In this document: positions 37,201 to 45,500 of the stretch, one piece after another
How the letters are laid out: every line of letters starts with the position of its first letter
How positions within the stretch are numbered: position 1 is the stretch's first letter
Virus record (IMG/VR): IMGVR_UViG_3300048848_000007
Location: 6,411-70,410 of that record
Length of the DNA stretch: 64,000 nt
DNA from: a virus
Direction: 5' to 3' (one strand)
The notes under the pieces: model-generated
What the model saw: the letters and a program-made list of their open reading frames with translations, nothing else
Databases searched by the model: none
What the model was told of the DNA's origin: nothing
Made by a program: the position numbers and the translations under genes

Positions 37201-38852
37201 GCGAAACGCTCTTGCAGCTTACCCATCATGTTGGCTTGCAGCTCGTCCGCATAGGACATGGCCGCTGGTGCAGCTTCCAGAATCACGTCACGGGAAGCTG
37301 GCCCAGTGTTCTCGTTGCCTGCACGAACAGCAGCAGCCTTCTCGTTCACCACGTCCATGACAGCAGCAGCACCCAGACCCACAGCCGCAGCAGCTTGAGT
37401 ACCCGCAGCACGGGCAAGGTTTGGAGCCTGAACCAAGACAGACATACCGGCACCATACAGGGCACCTTCACCGACCTGACGGCCGACACCTTCCGACATG
37501 GAAGCGTTCTCGTTGGCAGTCTGACGCTCGGCATAGTTCTGAGCCAATTGGCCTGTAGCCCCTTGGATCGTCTCTTCGCCTGTTTCCCGGACGATGTTAC
37601 CGGCAGCAGCACGACCGGAGGCACGGGCCAGTGGAGCACCTTCAAAGCGAGACACCAACGTACCTGTTGCGGCAGCCAGTGGAGCAGTGATGGCGGCAGC
37701 CAGTAAACCATTCCGGTTGGCAACGGCTTCCTTGGCTTCCTGTTGCAGTTCTTTGTTGTCTGGATCAGCAGCGACCATTTCCCGGTACATCGGGGATTCC
37801 TGCATCAGCTGGTCATGGCTACGGCCCATCACTTCGTTGACCGATTGCTGGTACGAACCACCACCTTCCATGGCACCGATAGCCGTCAGGATCGGAGCTT
37901 TCTCGCCTGCCTTCACAGCAACGTCTACAGCACCTCGAACCAAGGGGCTTGCAGTCTCGCTCGCCAGTACGGCAGCACGGGCAGTGTTGGCAGGGATGAC
38001 AGCACCAGCAGCAGCCTTGATGGCTTTAGCCACAGGACCAGCAGCCAGCAGGGAACCAACAGCCTGAGCAGTACCGGCCTGAAGAGTGGTGCCGGACATG
38101 CCAGCGTTCTTCACCGAGTCGATGGCGTCACGGCCAATACGGTTCAAGGCAGCAGACAGCGGAGTCGAACCACCTTCGATCTCAGCAGCTTCCTGAACAG
38201 TGTTGTCCCGGAAGTCGAGGAAGTTCTTGGCTTCCTGAATACGACGGTCAGCCTTCAGCTCATCCGAAGCATTGTCTTGGATGGCATTGTTGAAACTTTG
38301 CAGCAGCTCTGCACCTTTGACACCGGCACGATCACTGACAGCACCGACACCCCAGTTGAGGATACCGCCAATACTGGATACCAGACCGCCACCAATTTCC
38401 TTGGTGTTGTCCGCAGCCCACTCGAATGTAGAACGATCTGGGGCATTCATATCCCGAGTTACTTCGTTGGCAGCCGAAGAAGCTTGTGCCAGAAGTTGGT
38501 CAGTCTGGTTCCCGTACTTGCCACGAAGTTGGGAGAGCGACAGATTACGAAGGTCACTTTCAATTTCAGTTGGGTGCCAGCCTTTCTGCCCAGTCAATCG
38601 ACCAGCAGCCATCTGATAACCCGATGGGGCTTCACCCATTGCCATACGTTTCTGATCGGTAGCCATGGCTACCTGTGCCTTTTTGTCTGCCACAGTTGCA
38701 GGGATCTGGCTGGTCGAAGGCAGACTTGGCGAAGGTTGAACAGCAAATGGATTGTCTGTAGGAACTGCACCTGCGATTACATCGTCACGAGCTTCCGGCA
38801 TTACTTGATCCGGGTATGCAGCTTGACGAAGCAGGCCATCAAAATCAGCCAT
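28221..38852 (-). CDS. Virion-encapsidated RNA polymerase (N4 gp50, vRNAP)
   Basis: About 3,540 aa; EADGVTNGP (motif A), RGIAKNPLTITIYGS (motif B), VFDG (motif C). I saw no Cys on reading, as is known for N4 vRNAP. Confidence 0.97.
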   Translation of the reverse strand: MADFDGLLRQAAYPDQVMPEARDDVIAGAVPTDNPFAVQPSPSLPSTSQIPATVADKKAQVAMATDQKRMAMGEAPSGYQMAAGRLTGQKGWHPTEIESDLRNLSLSQLRGKYGNQTDQLLAQASSAANEVTRDMNAPDRSTFEWAADNTKEIGGGLVSSIGGILNWGVGAVSDRAGVKGAELLQSFNNAIQDNASDELKADRRIQEAKNFLDFRDNTVQEAAEIEGGSTPLSAALNRIGRDAIDSVKNAGMSGTTLQAGTAQAVGSLLAAGPVAKAIKAAAGAVIPANTARAAVLASETASPLVRGAVDVAVKAGEKAPILTAIGAMEGGGSYQQSVNEVMGRSHDQLMQESPMYREMVAADPDNKELQQEAKEAVANRNGLLAAAITAPLAAATGTLVSRFEGAPLARASGRAAAGNIVRETGEETIQGATGQLAQNYAERQTANENASMSEGVGRQVGEGALYGAGMSVLVQAPNLARAAGTQAAAAVGLGAAAVMDVVNEKAAAVRAGNENTGPASRDVILEAAPAAMSYADELQANMMGKLQERFAESESVPQEEVEAVQSFADSFRQTLIFNQDDVRQSTLESLGDVKSRPEAAFKLMDMFDAEKDTTKKADLALDIVSLLSNVNSFVQGNQQAIAENYASDPQVKKYIDALGNMEELLYSNPQRARAIDEATAIFEGRGPEGNAIDVVDQQSANDAVAIATTAPAAANLDTNNAVLQMASKGTIQLSPAQRTAIQFSNALLQAAKTASDEAVKLGDTTEATKVSRNITTEKGAKGESALEYAQSIMSAYKGGELDIAAARLGYLFNFAQSLQNKVAALNAHFERGNPTGPNVIYQTVANGGRDVPAGQNPWFDSKKGAFVQPAQANSVKNAQATHLDARLLADVYNGLVDAFPDLNAQHIQPISLASELLSPVDSVTEKYRSSNSGNSRGEQNAITPTEETTQVQTADVASVPAVETVAPTNDTGVSTETVPEPVEAQTTAEPVVEENSEVEPVTSTESAPAEESEPSAKGMDAVYPNLLTVGNRPSNFKQAFSLAKKQISRLTGSENPIQIVTDALKDSAALTAVMGKEPRHKLKPAIAKAYKGIFAQAENTIDIATEAMNKYLDRKYSKGSNVTRRDLILSGETVKRQDGSDLSGDFFLKTFEGRALNITEVVDGQLVFNRELIESAALAAQQYVLTLDDFIRTLDAKDVSQITTIPEDMVTPELIEEMSQGLYRTNLQDGLAQKIQQYWGLSNNPDGLIGEQQGIVDAVAAQFMAALVQTGQIVPTRIELTEANGLPAKEDGSPNKQEFILFNTVGLGKDNPLNGYPTAIDDAVLVEPEQDYYVGAGATVPVAQFQMRNRLVENTPDQKKAIEFEQQTEHKLSWMMGGFYKALGLDNHLKLFGAGDMDRQVWNVNHKKSLEGRNRGITAAYDQMMVMMDMVQNVGENQGIPYWQVPIRYAHNMSRVGRLQMLGKQNPQSNKQMRALISPTYSTLDMSSETNLDFARFMRGIGQHLGVKVHKEMPDVMYGKVMRLLDKLKPSIDALANWQLGVDPKTAMNPREGISDETVDLLMENFKEAGADLTPDALLSLMDYARYRENPDSRAAFETSVYLEADGVTNGPINAMNLFTRGTFTTPWVRNVAKGGLYFNKPGQTLNQHIADGDTNDLYSEAKDGANEEITKLRDKLINSNPDKRAVQQLNHLLTAMDLFFGKDLSFDQDSGVLTLERGIAKNPLTITIYGSSARGIAAKLTSTMTDAIYERLSQASQRQAQDKNLSLAQAMFDGLDAQAKYDRFTDSMSKLMGQGVFEKDGLYKVTGTAGSRNFIQNPETFTFKADAIKNIQENMLAFFVGPMTKSIEQTVGKPLLDTANLVRTGVQIQSLILEDVFKQEVQKVLDKKRDSYYSPNDLMTRKELEAIYKKLEALSPFIDTGAQRFYVAGSTVNPVGGSLGSTFSGEYRSKARIDGPGDAGVAGVPYMNIGTGDGYMMQLIANMEGALQNTLKVFDGQNLPLDRIEDGSRMANQAVWQTWQANPMKAIHESFSGVTSAVDLSALTPEAKNKIGYAIFKKEGLDLTDEQLKNALDSMADNMDRTQLSIEARHRAMARMHISVDQMAGAMSPYQHEAPVIEGLNSPEEIAVQLDLFYREELAKLMDNPEKKAVSLGSAIDEAATLHESGVRILRPLDLKNLAKLIDLPGEQNTVFNQIVNGLSLKGYTVVYGDAAQQAEYAKVSGRRDPGLNQNQTDEQVHGYTVIADKTVYLIDPSTETMVHELVHAATFDTVALHYSDRAFAKANPQGAAAIKRIEKLMDQFLAMKDELSGSLNLDLQAAYDNAHAAITQYTGNADPVAKASALNEFMAWGLSNQKLTGLLKQTTASKLAQIAKDVLAAIKSMFSRTRLLEDPKQDMFSNLLFNSSMLMYNQPRLARRLANTTLYQSARYGNDDRLTAVAEAFDQSVGRFMRDDLSLGGSTSDNQTKIGIINASKVADLFLAQGFNMNMQQASTFKKIVAALATEAAIDPNAMAMAQQLYAHVLQNVKPEMFIDPTDSDAQRAESIANQKYNVLMGNYGTQTDLKGRTSLLPAFIALATVDTGFREILSKIDKPKSIKNTEGTLDAGLENLGNRMMDSLGSRMAGLTNASPDVLSAMDELNNQVMKTVQDQENFIGSALNQGQTLVDRANTILVDGISYLSGKAYDWGKSFAENSDNRYMKLAGNVVAASTLLVNEEKAGIIAEGLLSTTNRSQLPEAVRKFMAELVGRTASNANVYDMIKATKAMVQKVRQQFREDLPTLIDSKFTRKLSDAEWTSLFRSLGRTDIAALEETFSQDQIIDMLKDGRVMDREISQMENSLRQFDPANFRLTQQKMQQLAEFMMTGRPGTKLLRNAEAIAQLLGETKKAPFQTKGAAEIRMIDQLTSLYAIKSLSQEDKDTFVSLAQTEGQGLKFTMSYMVGQRAEEIRKSASPMARLNGYKGYIPMQSIEGTSLIVADNAERARLLSMSYVAVEDYEGSSADPYTRAGQKSYFFAPVSARAPFEQGIMQNVRQSAAGVDATTGHSLVPTAGTITEAAVIKKMLANLGRETGREPLMPVYNEAGTVVALERSLDPTIATKAAGEGHLGKVLGIWRGRQEEEAQAQIFNEALVDQLKKMYDKSVRDKGKLGEDEYVDLFSAADPVYADAIKLMNRETREYVGKVFGNKFMVRKDMIDDAVGYRSATVGDAWTGNTRWNQKTQDTVKNLAIAAFGNQAYQKFVNGEKILQNVVSDAKVLIVVKSVVVPIANLMSNVYQLVGRGVPLTSIARGMPKKTAELNAYIKGEYRMKELEAELRASVNNPNATLKFEAERQSIQDGFKRMSIWPLIEAGEFSSVSDVGISREDILLSEGRLQGYIESLVNKLPPALATAGKYGLVTKDTALFQGLQKAVEYGDFLGKAIYFDELTKRKGMTQKEALGRITEEFVNYDRLSGRFRGYLEDMGLLWFYNFKIRIMKVALSMIRNNPVHTLLATMAPAPEMFGSVGLPTTDSLINKALNGSLEYSIGPGQGLSAFALNPWVNLAH

Positions 38853-38910
38853 TATCAAACCCTGTTTAATAGAGATTAGTTGGAGGGAAGGTTACCTGAA
38901 AGACGGGCAC

Positions 38911-38935
38911 AACAAAACCCCGCAAAGGCGAGGTT
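38911..38935 (-). terminator. Putative terminator upstream of vRNAP
   Basis: Imperfect GC stem followed by TTTTGTT on the minus strand. Confidence 0.45.
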
Positions 38936-38955
38936 CCATTGTACACAGATGCCGA

Positions 38956-40617
38956 TTAACGGTTCTGGAGATACTCCAGCATACGGCGTGTCATTTCGGC
39001 TTGGTCAACAACTTGACTGCCTACAGGACTGTTGGCTGGCAGAGCTGCACTGGTAGCCACCGGAGCAGGTACAGGGGGATTGAGCCGCAGTGAACGGTTC
39101 TCTTCACTTTCCCGCTGACGTTCAGTCAACGCATCACGAGCCTGAGTAGCCTTATCCAGTGCAGCCTGAACACGTGCTCTGGCAGCTTCGTTGTTCGCCA
39201 GAGACGGGTTGGTAGCAGCCCGAGCAGCGAAACTGGCAGCAGCCGTTTGAGCATTCTTCAGCTGTTCATCTGCCTTCTTGATGCTGGACAGCAGACTCTC
39301 CCGAGTCTTCTGAGAAGCCACCAAGGAGAGGTTATCCCCGGAACGAGCACGGGCTACAGACGCATCGATTGCATCCCGGTCAACCTTCCAGTCACCACCT
39401 ACACCACCACGGTTGTAGAAGAACCCTGACTTGCCCACGATGCCCCGAGAGACGGCAGCAGCAGCAGAAGCGTAGCTGCCACCCATCTTCTTCTGGGTAT
39501 CATTGATCAAGGCATCCAGCTCACCCTCATCAATCCCCGGATAGGTCTTCGCCATCTCGGACCGGATCTCATTCGGCCGAGTACCGTTCTGAGTCCAATT
39601 CTGCTCCAGCTCGACTTCAGGGTTTGGACCCCATTCCTGAGCAATACGGTTCTGCAAGTCCAGACCTGCATCACGACTGGAACGGCTGGATTCATCCGTC
39701 AGCGAAGTGATCGGTTCACCACCAGAAGCAGCAGAGCTGGAACCAGGGGAAGCACTACCACCCTTGCCACCTGTACCAGTAGCAGAAGCAGCACCACCCA
39801 CCGGACCGTAGATATCGTTGAAGCCGGTAGCTCCCAGAACCTTGAGCATCTGCATTGCAGCACCCGGACCTGCTTTACCGATCACGCTTTCAACCAGCTG
39901 ACGGGCATCATCATTGTTGCCAGACTGACGAGCAATCTCCAGACCTTGGGCCAGACCTGTCTGCATGTCAGCCCGATCCTGCCGAGCATTCGCCAGCTCA
40001 AAGGAACCGGCAGCATTGCTGATGGATTTCCCTTGGTTCGACAGGCCAATGCCTTGGTTGGTGAGCACCTTGCCTTGGTTGTTCAACGTGTTGGTGTACG
40101 TGCTGCGACCCATCTCGTTGAGTTGCTTCATCTGGTCCAGAGACAGGTTGGCGTACTGGGGACCGTACTTGGCCTTGATCGCATTCAGCGTGGCATCTTT
40201 GCCGTCACTGTTGGTGACTTCGGCGAACAGTTGCTTGGCCTGGTCCGTTGCCCCATCTGCCTGCTGGGTTCGATCAAAGGTGTAGTTGCTCTGCTTCAGG
40301 GCTTGCTCGACAGTGCTCTGACGCAGCAGATCCGTCACCCGGCTACCCACGGCAGTCAGGGCTTCAGCGGAAGCACCCTGAACAGGGAGCACCCCACTTG
40401 CCAGAGCCTGCTTGAGAGCTTGAGGATCTTGGATCTGGAGAGCACGTGCAGCCAACTCCCGGTCAGCGTTCTCGATGCCCGTCTTACGGAAGTCGGTCAG
40501 ACCTTTGCTGAGGTTGCCCAAGGCAGAATTCAGCAGATCATTGGACTCCCGGAATCCGGCCATAGAGCCACGGAAGTCCGGGGCATCGACGTTACGCCAT
40601 GTCAATGGCTGTGCCAT
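38956..40617 (-). CDS. Virion/ejection protein (N4 gp51-like)
   Basis: Starts MAQPLTWRNVDAP; Ala/Gln-rich; N4 synteny. Confidence 0.82.
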   Translation of the reverse strand: MAQPLTWRNVDAPDFRGSMAGFRESNDLLNSALGNLSKGLTDFRKTGIENADRELAARALQIQDPQALKQALASGVLPVQGASAEALTAVGSRVTDLLRQSTVEQALKQSNYTFDRTQQADGATDQAKQLFAEVTNSDGKDATLNAIKAKYGPQYANLSLDQMKQLNEMGRSTYTNTLNNQGKVLTNQGIGLSNQGKSISNAAGSFELANARQDRADMQTGLAQGLEIARQSGNNDDARQLVESVIGKAGPGAAMQMLKVLGATGFNDIYGPVGGAASATGTGGKGGSASPGSSSAASGGEPITSLTDESSRSSRDAGLDLQNRIAQEWGPNPEVELEQNWTQNGTRPNEIRSEMAKTYPGIDEGELDALINDTQKKMGGSYASAAAAVSRGIVGKSGFFYNRGGVGGDWKVDRDAIDASVARARSGDNLSLVASQKTRESLLSSIKKADEQLKNAQTAAASFAARAATNPSLANNEAARARVQAALDKATQARDALTERQRESEENRSLRLNPPVPAPVATSAALPANSPVGSQVVDQAEMTRRMLEYLQNR

Positions 40618-40629
40618 AGGGAATACTCC

Positions 40630-41067
40630 TTAGCTCGACAGACGATTCTTGGTCAGGTAATCCTGAACATACTTGCTGTCACGACCTTCCATCGCAGCAC
40701 GGGAATTGATCTTGTCTTCCAGTGCTGTGTTGTAGGACTGGGCCTGATTACGCAGGTTGGTGTTGGTCGTCTTCTTGGTGAAGTCGAACTGGTCCTCGGC
40801 CAGACCCAATGCCTTCTGAGAGGCAAACAGACCGGCCAGAGACGACAGACCACCCAATGCCAGCTGACCTGTCTGAGTGTTGAAACCCAGACCTGTACCG
40901 GCACCCAGACCACTGGAGCCACCCGGAGGTGTCCAGCCACTGCCAGTGTTCAAGGCAGTTGGGACGGTCATGCCAGTTTCCATGCTGCCCTGTACACCGT
41001 TGTTGCCCAAGCCGAACATGGCTGCCAGTTGGTCCATGATCGAATAATTCTGATCTACTCCGGCCAT
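40630..41067 (-). CDS. Virion structural protein (N4 gp52-like)
   Basis: Gly-rich; NQAQSYNTALEDKINSR; synteny. Confidence 0.82.
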   Translation of the reverse strand: MAGVDQNYSIMDQLAAMFGLGNNGVQGSMETGMTVPTALNTGSGWTPPGGSSGLGAGTGLGFNTQTGQLALGGLSSLAGLFASQKALGLAEDQFDFTKKTTNTNLRNQAQSYNTALEDKINSRAAMEGRDSKYVQDYLTKNRLSS

Positions 41068-41076
41068 ATGGCCTCC

Positions 41077-43767
41077 TTACGGTAGTGTCGTAGTTGTCAT
41101 CATGGAAGCGAAGTTGGTCAGCATACTTTGCTGCATCTCGATGATATCGCTCCCCGTCATCAGTGTTCGAGAGAAGAAGGAGTCTGGACCTTCGGCAATC
41201 GTCAATTCGTTTTGATTCCCACCCCCACCTACAGTGGCATCGGTAAGACTCAGTGGATCAATGAAAGTGATGCCATACCCAATATTCTGCTCGTACAACT
41301 TGTCAATCTTACTCGACTCTTCTTCATAAGCATTCAAGAGTTTCTGAGTGTCAGCCGCAACTTCCGCAGTAGCAGCCTTCATGAAACCGGCAATACCCTG
41401 ACCGGCAGCCACAGTCAGACGCAGCAGGTTCTCGGTACTGGCGAGGTTCTCCAGACCGACCATGGCAGTACCACCATTCGCCATGGAAGTGCCCACCGAA
41501 ACAGCGATCACCGAAGCAATGGCTCCGACGATGGCACCAACCTTCTCACCGAACAGGGCCTTGGCCCCCATGGTGATGATCTGGGACAGGACCATTGCAG
41601 CGATGGCATTGGCGACCGTACCGACGATGATTGCCACCGTACCTGAGAATCCCAGGGATGTACCCACCGCAGCCGATGGCCCCAACAGACCGGCCGAACC
41701 AGCACCACCACCCATGGTCACCACCGTGATCACGATGATGATGATGATCAGCACAATCTTGAACCAAGAGGTCTGATACCACTTCTGTTTCACCACGTCG
41801 TAGCAGTTGAACACCATGTAAGCCATGGACGTAGACATCTGGGTTGCCACGGTCAGTGACAAGCTCCGGTAGATCGCATCGTTCAGCGGGATCAGGAAAG
41901 CCGACTCATCCGTGTCACGCATGGCATCGTCCACCCGGACACCGACACCTTTACCCTTGTAGACGATGTTGGTGTGGTACAGACCCCAGACACCGATGGA
42001 CTCGTACTCGGTATCCGTCAGCTGCCATGTGATGGTGATGAACCCGGATGTGCTAGGACGCTCACCCACAATGCCCGAGGTGTACAGCAGCTCGTTGTAG
42101 TCCTTGGTTCCACCCAAGGTAGTCCAGCAGTCTCCTCGCTTGGCATCCGGCTTTGCCAGACCATTGCCTTTGATCCTGGAAATCCCTGTCCACTCCACCG
42201 TGATGTTGAACCCGAACTTGGAGCTGTACAGGTTCAGGCTGTTGGTCGGAGGTGTGGGGTACAGCAGCTGTGCCGGTTCCGGTGTACCGAACAGAGGGTT
42301 GGCCGAATCGGACTGAGCCTGCTTCCAGTTGATCCAGACAAGCCGAGACTCATTGGCAGCAGCCCAACGGATTTCCCAGTCAGTCAGTGCAGCTGTACCC
42401 CCGGCACCTTGGTTCAGGATCGAGTCGAAGAACTTGAAGATGTACTTCACAGCCGCTGGCTCTTTGGTGTTCAACGACACGCCGAACATCATGTAGGCAT
42501 TGTCGATATCCTTCAGAGACGGCGTATCAGCCACCTGCTTTTCCACCTTGTCGTAGTTCGAGTTGGTGGATCGTCTGATGGCCCTGGTATTGGCTTCCCG
42601 GTACGTCTCGTCTTCGATGAAGCGGTTACCCACCCGGATCGGGATAAACGGGAAATACTGGGATGAACTGACCCCGATATTGAACAGGGCATCCAGCTCC
42701 GGCTTACCTGTGCCTTGGGCATAGATCAGGATCTTCAGGTCCGACCATTCCGAGACGATGACCTTCTGCTTGCTCGGCGTGTAGGAGAAGTCCCAATCCC
42801 GGTACTCACCCGTGGTGACGGTCTTGTAGGTGACCTTCACCCCACTGCCATCACCGATATCGTAGGTCTGCTCATCCACGTAGGTCTGGCTCTTCTTGAC
42901 CGATCGTGTGGTGTTTTGCTGGTAGCTGCGGTCAGTGACGATCTGGTCACTCCCGGCCTGCTGCCCCACATAATCGTCCTTGAACCAGATGTAGTCACTG
43001 TCCTCGTAGGTGTCAGTGGTGGAAGTGCCGGTTGTCTCGGACGTCCCCGGACGACCATCGGAGTAGGTCACGGTCCGTACAGTCGTCTGGTTCAGGGTCA
43101 TGGTCCGTTGAACAGACGAACCACTCTCATAGGTCCAGCCAGATACGTCCGGCCAGTTGGCAATGTTGCCCAGCTGCACAGTCTGTCCCGGAACGACTTC
43201 CAGCTTCTGGTCCGTCTTCTTTACCAGGTAGCTCGCATAGAGGTACTTGATGGTGTAGTCGAACCCTTGTGGCTGGAATGAGTAGACACGGCCATCGGGG
43301 AAACGGATGTAGATCGTGTTGATCGCCTCATCCATGTCGATCTCGTAGTTTTCCTCGATCTCGGTCGGATGGTTCTCAGCCATGTACTGGTCAGCCCAGT
43401 AGCCGTAGTCAGCCAAGCCAACGTCAGCGTTCTGAAGCTCGATGGTTTCATCTGCCCCACGAGGCAGGGCATTGAGTAGAGCCTCTTGATTCACACGCCC
43501 ACCGATGGAGATGGAACCAGCAGAGAGCTGAATCAGGTCGTTGTAGCCGGAGGTCTGTGCCCACTTGCTGAAGTTGCGGAAGCGAACACCCGGACCCCCG
43601 GTCAGGGATTTGGTGATGGTTTCAGCCAGAGACGCACTCGAAGGTGCAGAGAGAATGTGGCCTGCTACAGCAGTCGAAAGAAACTTCACCCGGTCCTTGA
43701 TATCACCTGCAAGGTTGTAGGTGACCGAAGACACGATGATCTTCTTCTTCTTGCTGAACAGGCCCAT
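41077..43767 (-). CDS. Virion structural protein (N4 gp53-like)
   Basis: MGLFSKKKKIIVSSVTYNLAGD start; C-terminal hydrophobic/Gly-rich segment; synteny. Confidence 0.85.
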   Translation of the reverse strand: MGLFSKKKKIIVSSVTYNLAGDIKDRVKFLSTAVAGHILSAPSSASLAETITKSLTGGPGVRFRNFSKWAQTSGYNDLIQLSAGSISIGGRVNQEALLNALPRGADETIELQNADVGLADYGYWADQYMAENHPTEIEENYEIDMDEAINTIYIRFPDGRVYSFQPQGFDYTIKYLYASYLVKKTDQKLEVVPGQTVQLGNIANWPDVSGWTYESGSSVQRTMTLNQTTVRTVTYSDGRPGTSETTGTSTTDTYEDSDYIWFKDDYVGQQAGSDQIVTDRSYQQNTTRSVKKSQTYVDEQTYDIGDGSGVKVTYKTVTTGEYRDWDFSYTPSKQKVIVSEWSDLKILIYAQGTGKPELDALFNIGVSSSQYFPFIPIRVGNRFIEDETYREANTRAIRRSTNSNYDKVEKQVADTPSLKDIDNAYMMFGVSLNTKEPAAVKYIFKFFDSILNQGAGGTAALTDWEIRWAAANESRLVWINWKQAQSDSANPLFGTPEPAQLLYPTPPTNSLNLYSSKFGFNITVEWTGISRIKGNGLAKPDAKRGDCWTTLGGTKDYNELLYTSGIVGERPSTSGFITITWQLTDTEYESIGVWGLYHTNIVYKGKGVGVRVDDAMRDTDESAFLIPLNDAIYRSLSLTVATQMSTSMAYMVFNCYDVVKQKWYQTSWFKIVLIIIIIVITVVTMGGGAGSAGLLGPSAAVGTSLGFSGTVAIIVGTVANAIAAMVLSQIITMGAKALFGEKVGAIVGAIASVIAVSVGTSMANGGTAMVGLENLASTENLLRLTVAAGQGIAGFMKAATAEVAADTQKLLNAYEEESSKIDKLYEQNIGYGITFIDPLSLTDATVGGGGNQNELTIAEGPDSFFSRTLMTGSDIIEMQQSMLTNFASMMTTTTLP

Positions 43768-43777
43768 TGCTTACCCC

Positions 43778-44716
43778 TTAGAACGAGTTTTTGGTTTTCA
43801 GTGTGGCGAGGATGGTGTCGATGCTGGAGTTCTGGAAACCAGTCGGAGGCGTCAGACCTTCGTCCATCGTCTTCATGGTGATCCATGCATCGGTGAACAG
43901 CTTCGCCATCTTCACTTCAGCATCACGCTGGTAGGAGATGACCTGCTGTTCGTACAGCTTCTTCTGCCGGGACACAGTACCGGAAACCAGTGTGCCGTCC
44001 GAACGGTTGTCCAGCGTCTGGGCACGTTGTACTTCGACCTGCTCGGTGACCAGCTTGTCTTGGGTCTTCATGCTTGCCAGCTGTTGTGGCAGCAAGTTGG
44101 TGAGCTGGTACTGACCTGTCTGGTTCTTGATCTCTTCACCCGCTTTCTGGGTGGTGAGCAAGGCCAGTTGCTGAGGCATCATCGACTGGAGGTTGTAGCG
44201 AGCAATGTCGTAGGCAGCCGATTCGTTTGCTAGCTTGATCTTGGTCAGGGCGTATTGGGCCTCTTGGTTCTGGGCTTCCAGCTGAATAGCTGCCAGCTTG
44301 ACCTTGTTGGCTTCCAGTTCCACCAGAGCCGAGATAGCCTGCACCTGTGCCATCTGTGCCTGCCAGAAGGCTTGGTCTTTGCCCAGCAGGAACTGCACAG
44401 CATTGCCCATGGCAGCGTCGGTCAGCGAGGTATACGCCTGTGTGTAGGCAGCCCCGGTGATACGGTTGGCATCGAACTCTTTCTTGAGGTGGGCAGAGAA
44501 GCTTGCCATCAGTGCATCGAATGCACCGGCCCCATCCACGGTACGGGTGGTCAGGTCTTCAATGGCAACGTGCTTGACCGGGCTGTACAGCGGGCTGCTC
44601 AAACCACCAGGGAACTTGAACTCATCACCCGACAGATCGACTTCAGGGATCTTGAAATCCGAGTCAGCCGTCAGACTGGTGATGAGGGCATTGGCTTCTG
44701 TATCGATACCACTCAT
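43778..44716 (-). CDS. Virion structural protein (N4 gp54-like)
   Basis: GAGAFDALMAS...RITGAAY; synteny. Confidence 0.83.
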   Translation of the reverse strand: MSGIDTEANALITSLTADSDFKIPEVDLSGDEFKFPGGLSSPLYSPVKHVAIEDLTTRTVDGAGAFDALMASFSAHLKKEFDANRITGAAYTQAYTSLTDAAMGNAVQFLLGKDQAFWQAQMAQVQAISALVELEANKVKLAAIQLEAQNQEAQYALTKIKLANESAAYDIARYNLQSMMPQQLALLTTQKAGEEIKNQTGQYQLTNLLPQQLASMKTQDKLVTEQVEVQRAQTLDNRSDGTLVSGTVSRQKKLYEQQVISYQRDAEVKMAKLFTDAWITMKTMDEGLTPPTGFQNSSIDTILATLKTKNSF

Positions 44717-44738
44717 GGTACTTCCTCACTGCTCTATG

Positions 44739-44773
44739 AAAAACGGCCCCATTGATCTGAACCAAGGGGCCGT
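44739..44773 (-). terminator. Rho-independent terminator
   Basis: ACGGCCCC...GGGGCCGT stem with a T-run on the minus strand. Confidence 0.7.
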
Positions 44774-44792
44774 AGTTGTTACCGGGTCAGGC

Positions 44793-45431
44793 TTAGTAGT
44801 TCACAGAGCCTGCCGCAGCTTGCTGGGTCGCCAGATCCTTGAGCTGTGCTGGCGTCAACGGATCGAGGACTTCCAGCGAGAACTCACGCACGTAGGTCGC
44901 TTCGACTTCTTCCGTGCCGGTCTTGCGGTTCTTGCGGGTGCGGATCTGAAGGAATTTGCGGCTAGCCATCAGATCGTAGATGCACTTGGGAATGTGGTAG
45001 CCGTCTTCGGTGGCTTCACCGAACGGGACGAACTTACGCACAGTGCCCAGATATTCGTTGGCAACGGTGAAGATCTCACCTTGCAGTTCTTTCTTCTTTG
45101 GGTCCATGTTGGTGATCCGCACACGGATCAACTTCATGCTTTCTTCCATGATGTGTTGGCGAATGGACTTCACCTTCACCTTCGCAGGCTTGTCAGCGGT
45201 GTCGCCTTGCAGCGGATTCAGCTGACCATTTGCTTGACCAGCATCAGCTGGCTCTTCGTTGACGCTGGCACCTTCTTGAGCAGCAGTGATCTTCTCACGC
45301 AGCTTCTCGACACTGATGTTGTTCGAGAAAGTGATGCCCATGATGCGGGCACGTTGTTTCAGTACATCCAGCTCAGAAGGCATGATGTCTTCTTCGCTTT
45401 TTTCCAGATCGAGTGGATTTGCTTCGGCCAT
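44793..45431 (-). CDS. N4 gp55-like protein
   Basis: ELDVLKQRARIMGITFSNNI, RVRITNMDPKK; start MAEANP. Confidence 0.83.
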   Translation of the reverse strand: MAEANPLDLEKSEEDIMPSELDVLKQRARIMGITFSNNISVEKLREKITAAQEGASVNEEPADAGQANGQLNPLQGDTADKPAKVKVKSIRQHIMEESMKLIRVRITNMDPKKKELQGEIFTVANEYLGTVRKFVPFGEATEDGYHIPKCIYDLMASRKFLQIRTRKNRKTGTEEVEATYVREFSLEVLDPLTPAQLKDLATQQAAAGSVNY

Positions 45432-45500
45432 GACTCTACATCCTAATTCAGAGAAAACTGGAACCAAGGGGATGAACATCTCATCCCCTCAGCTAGCCCG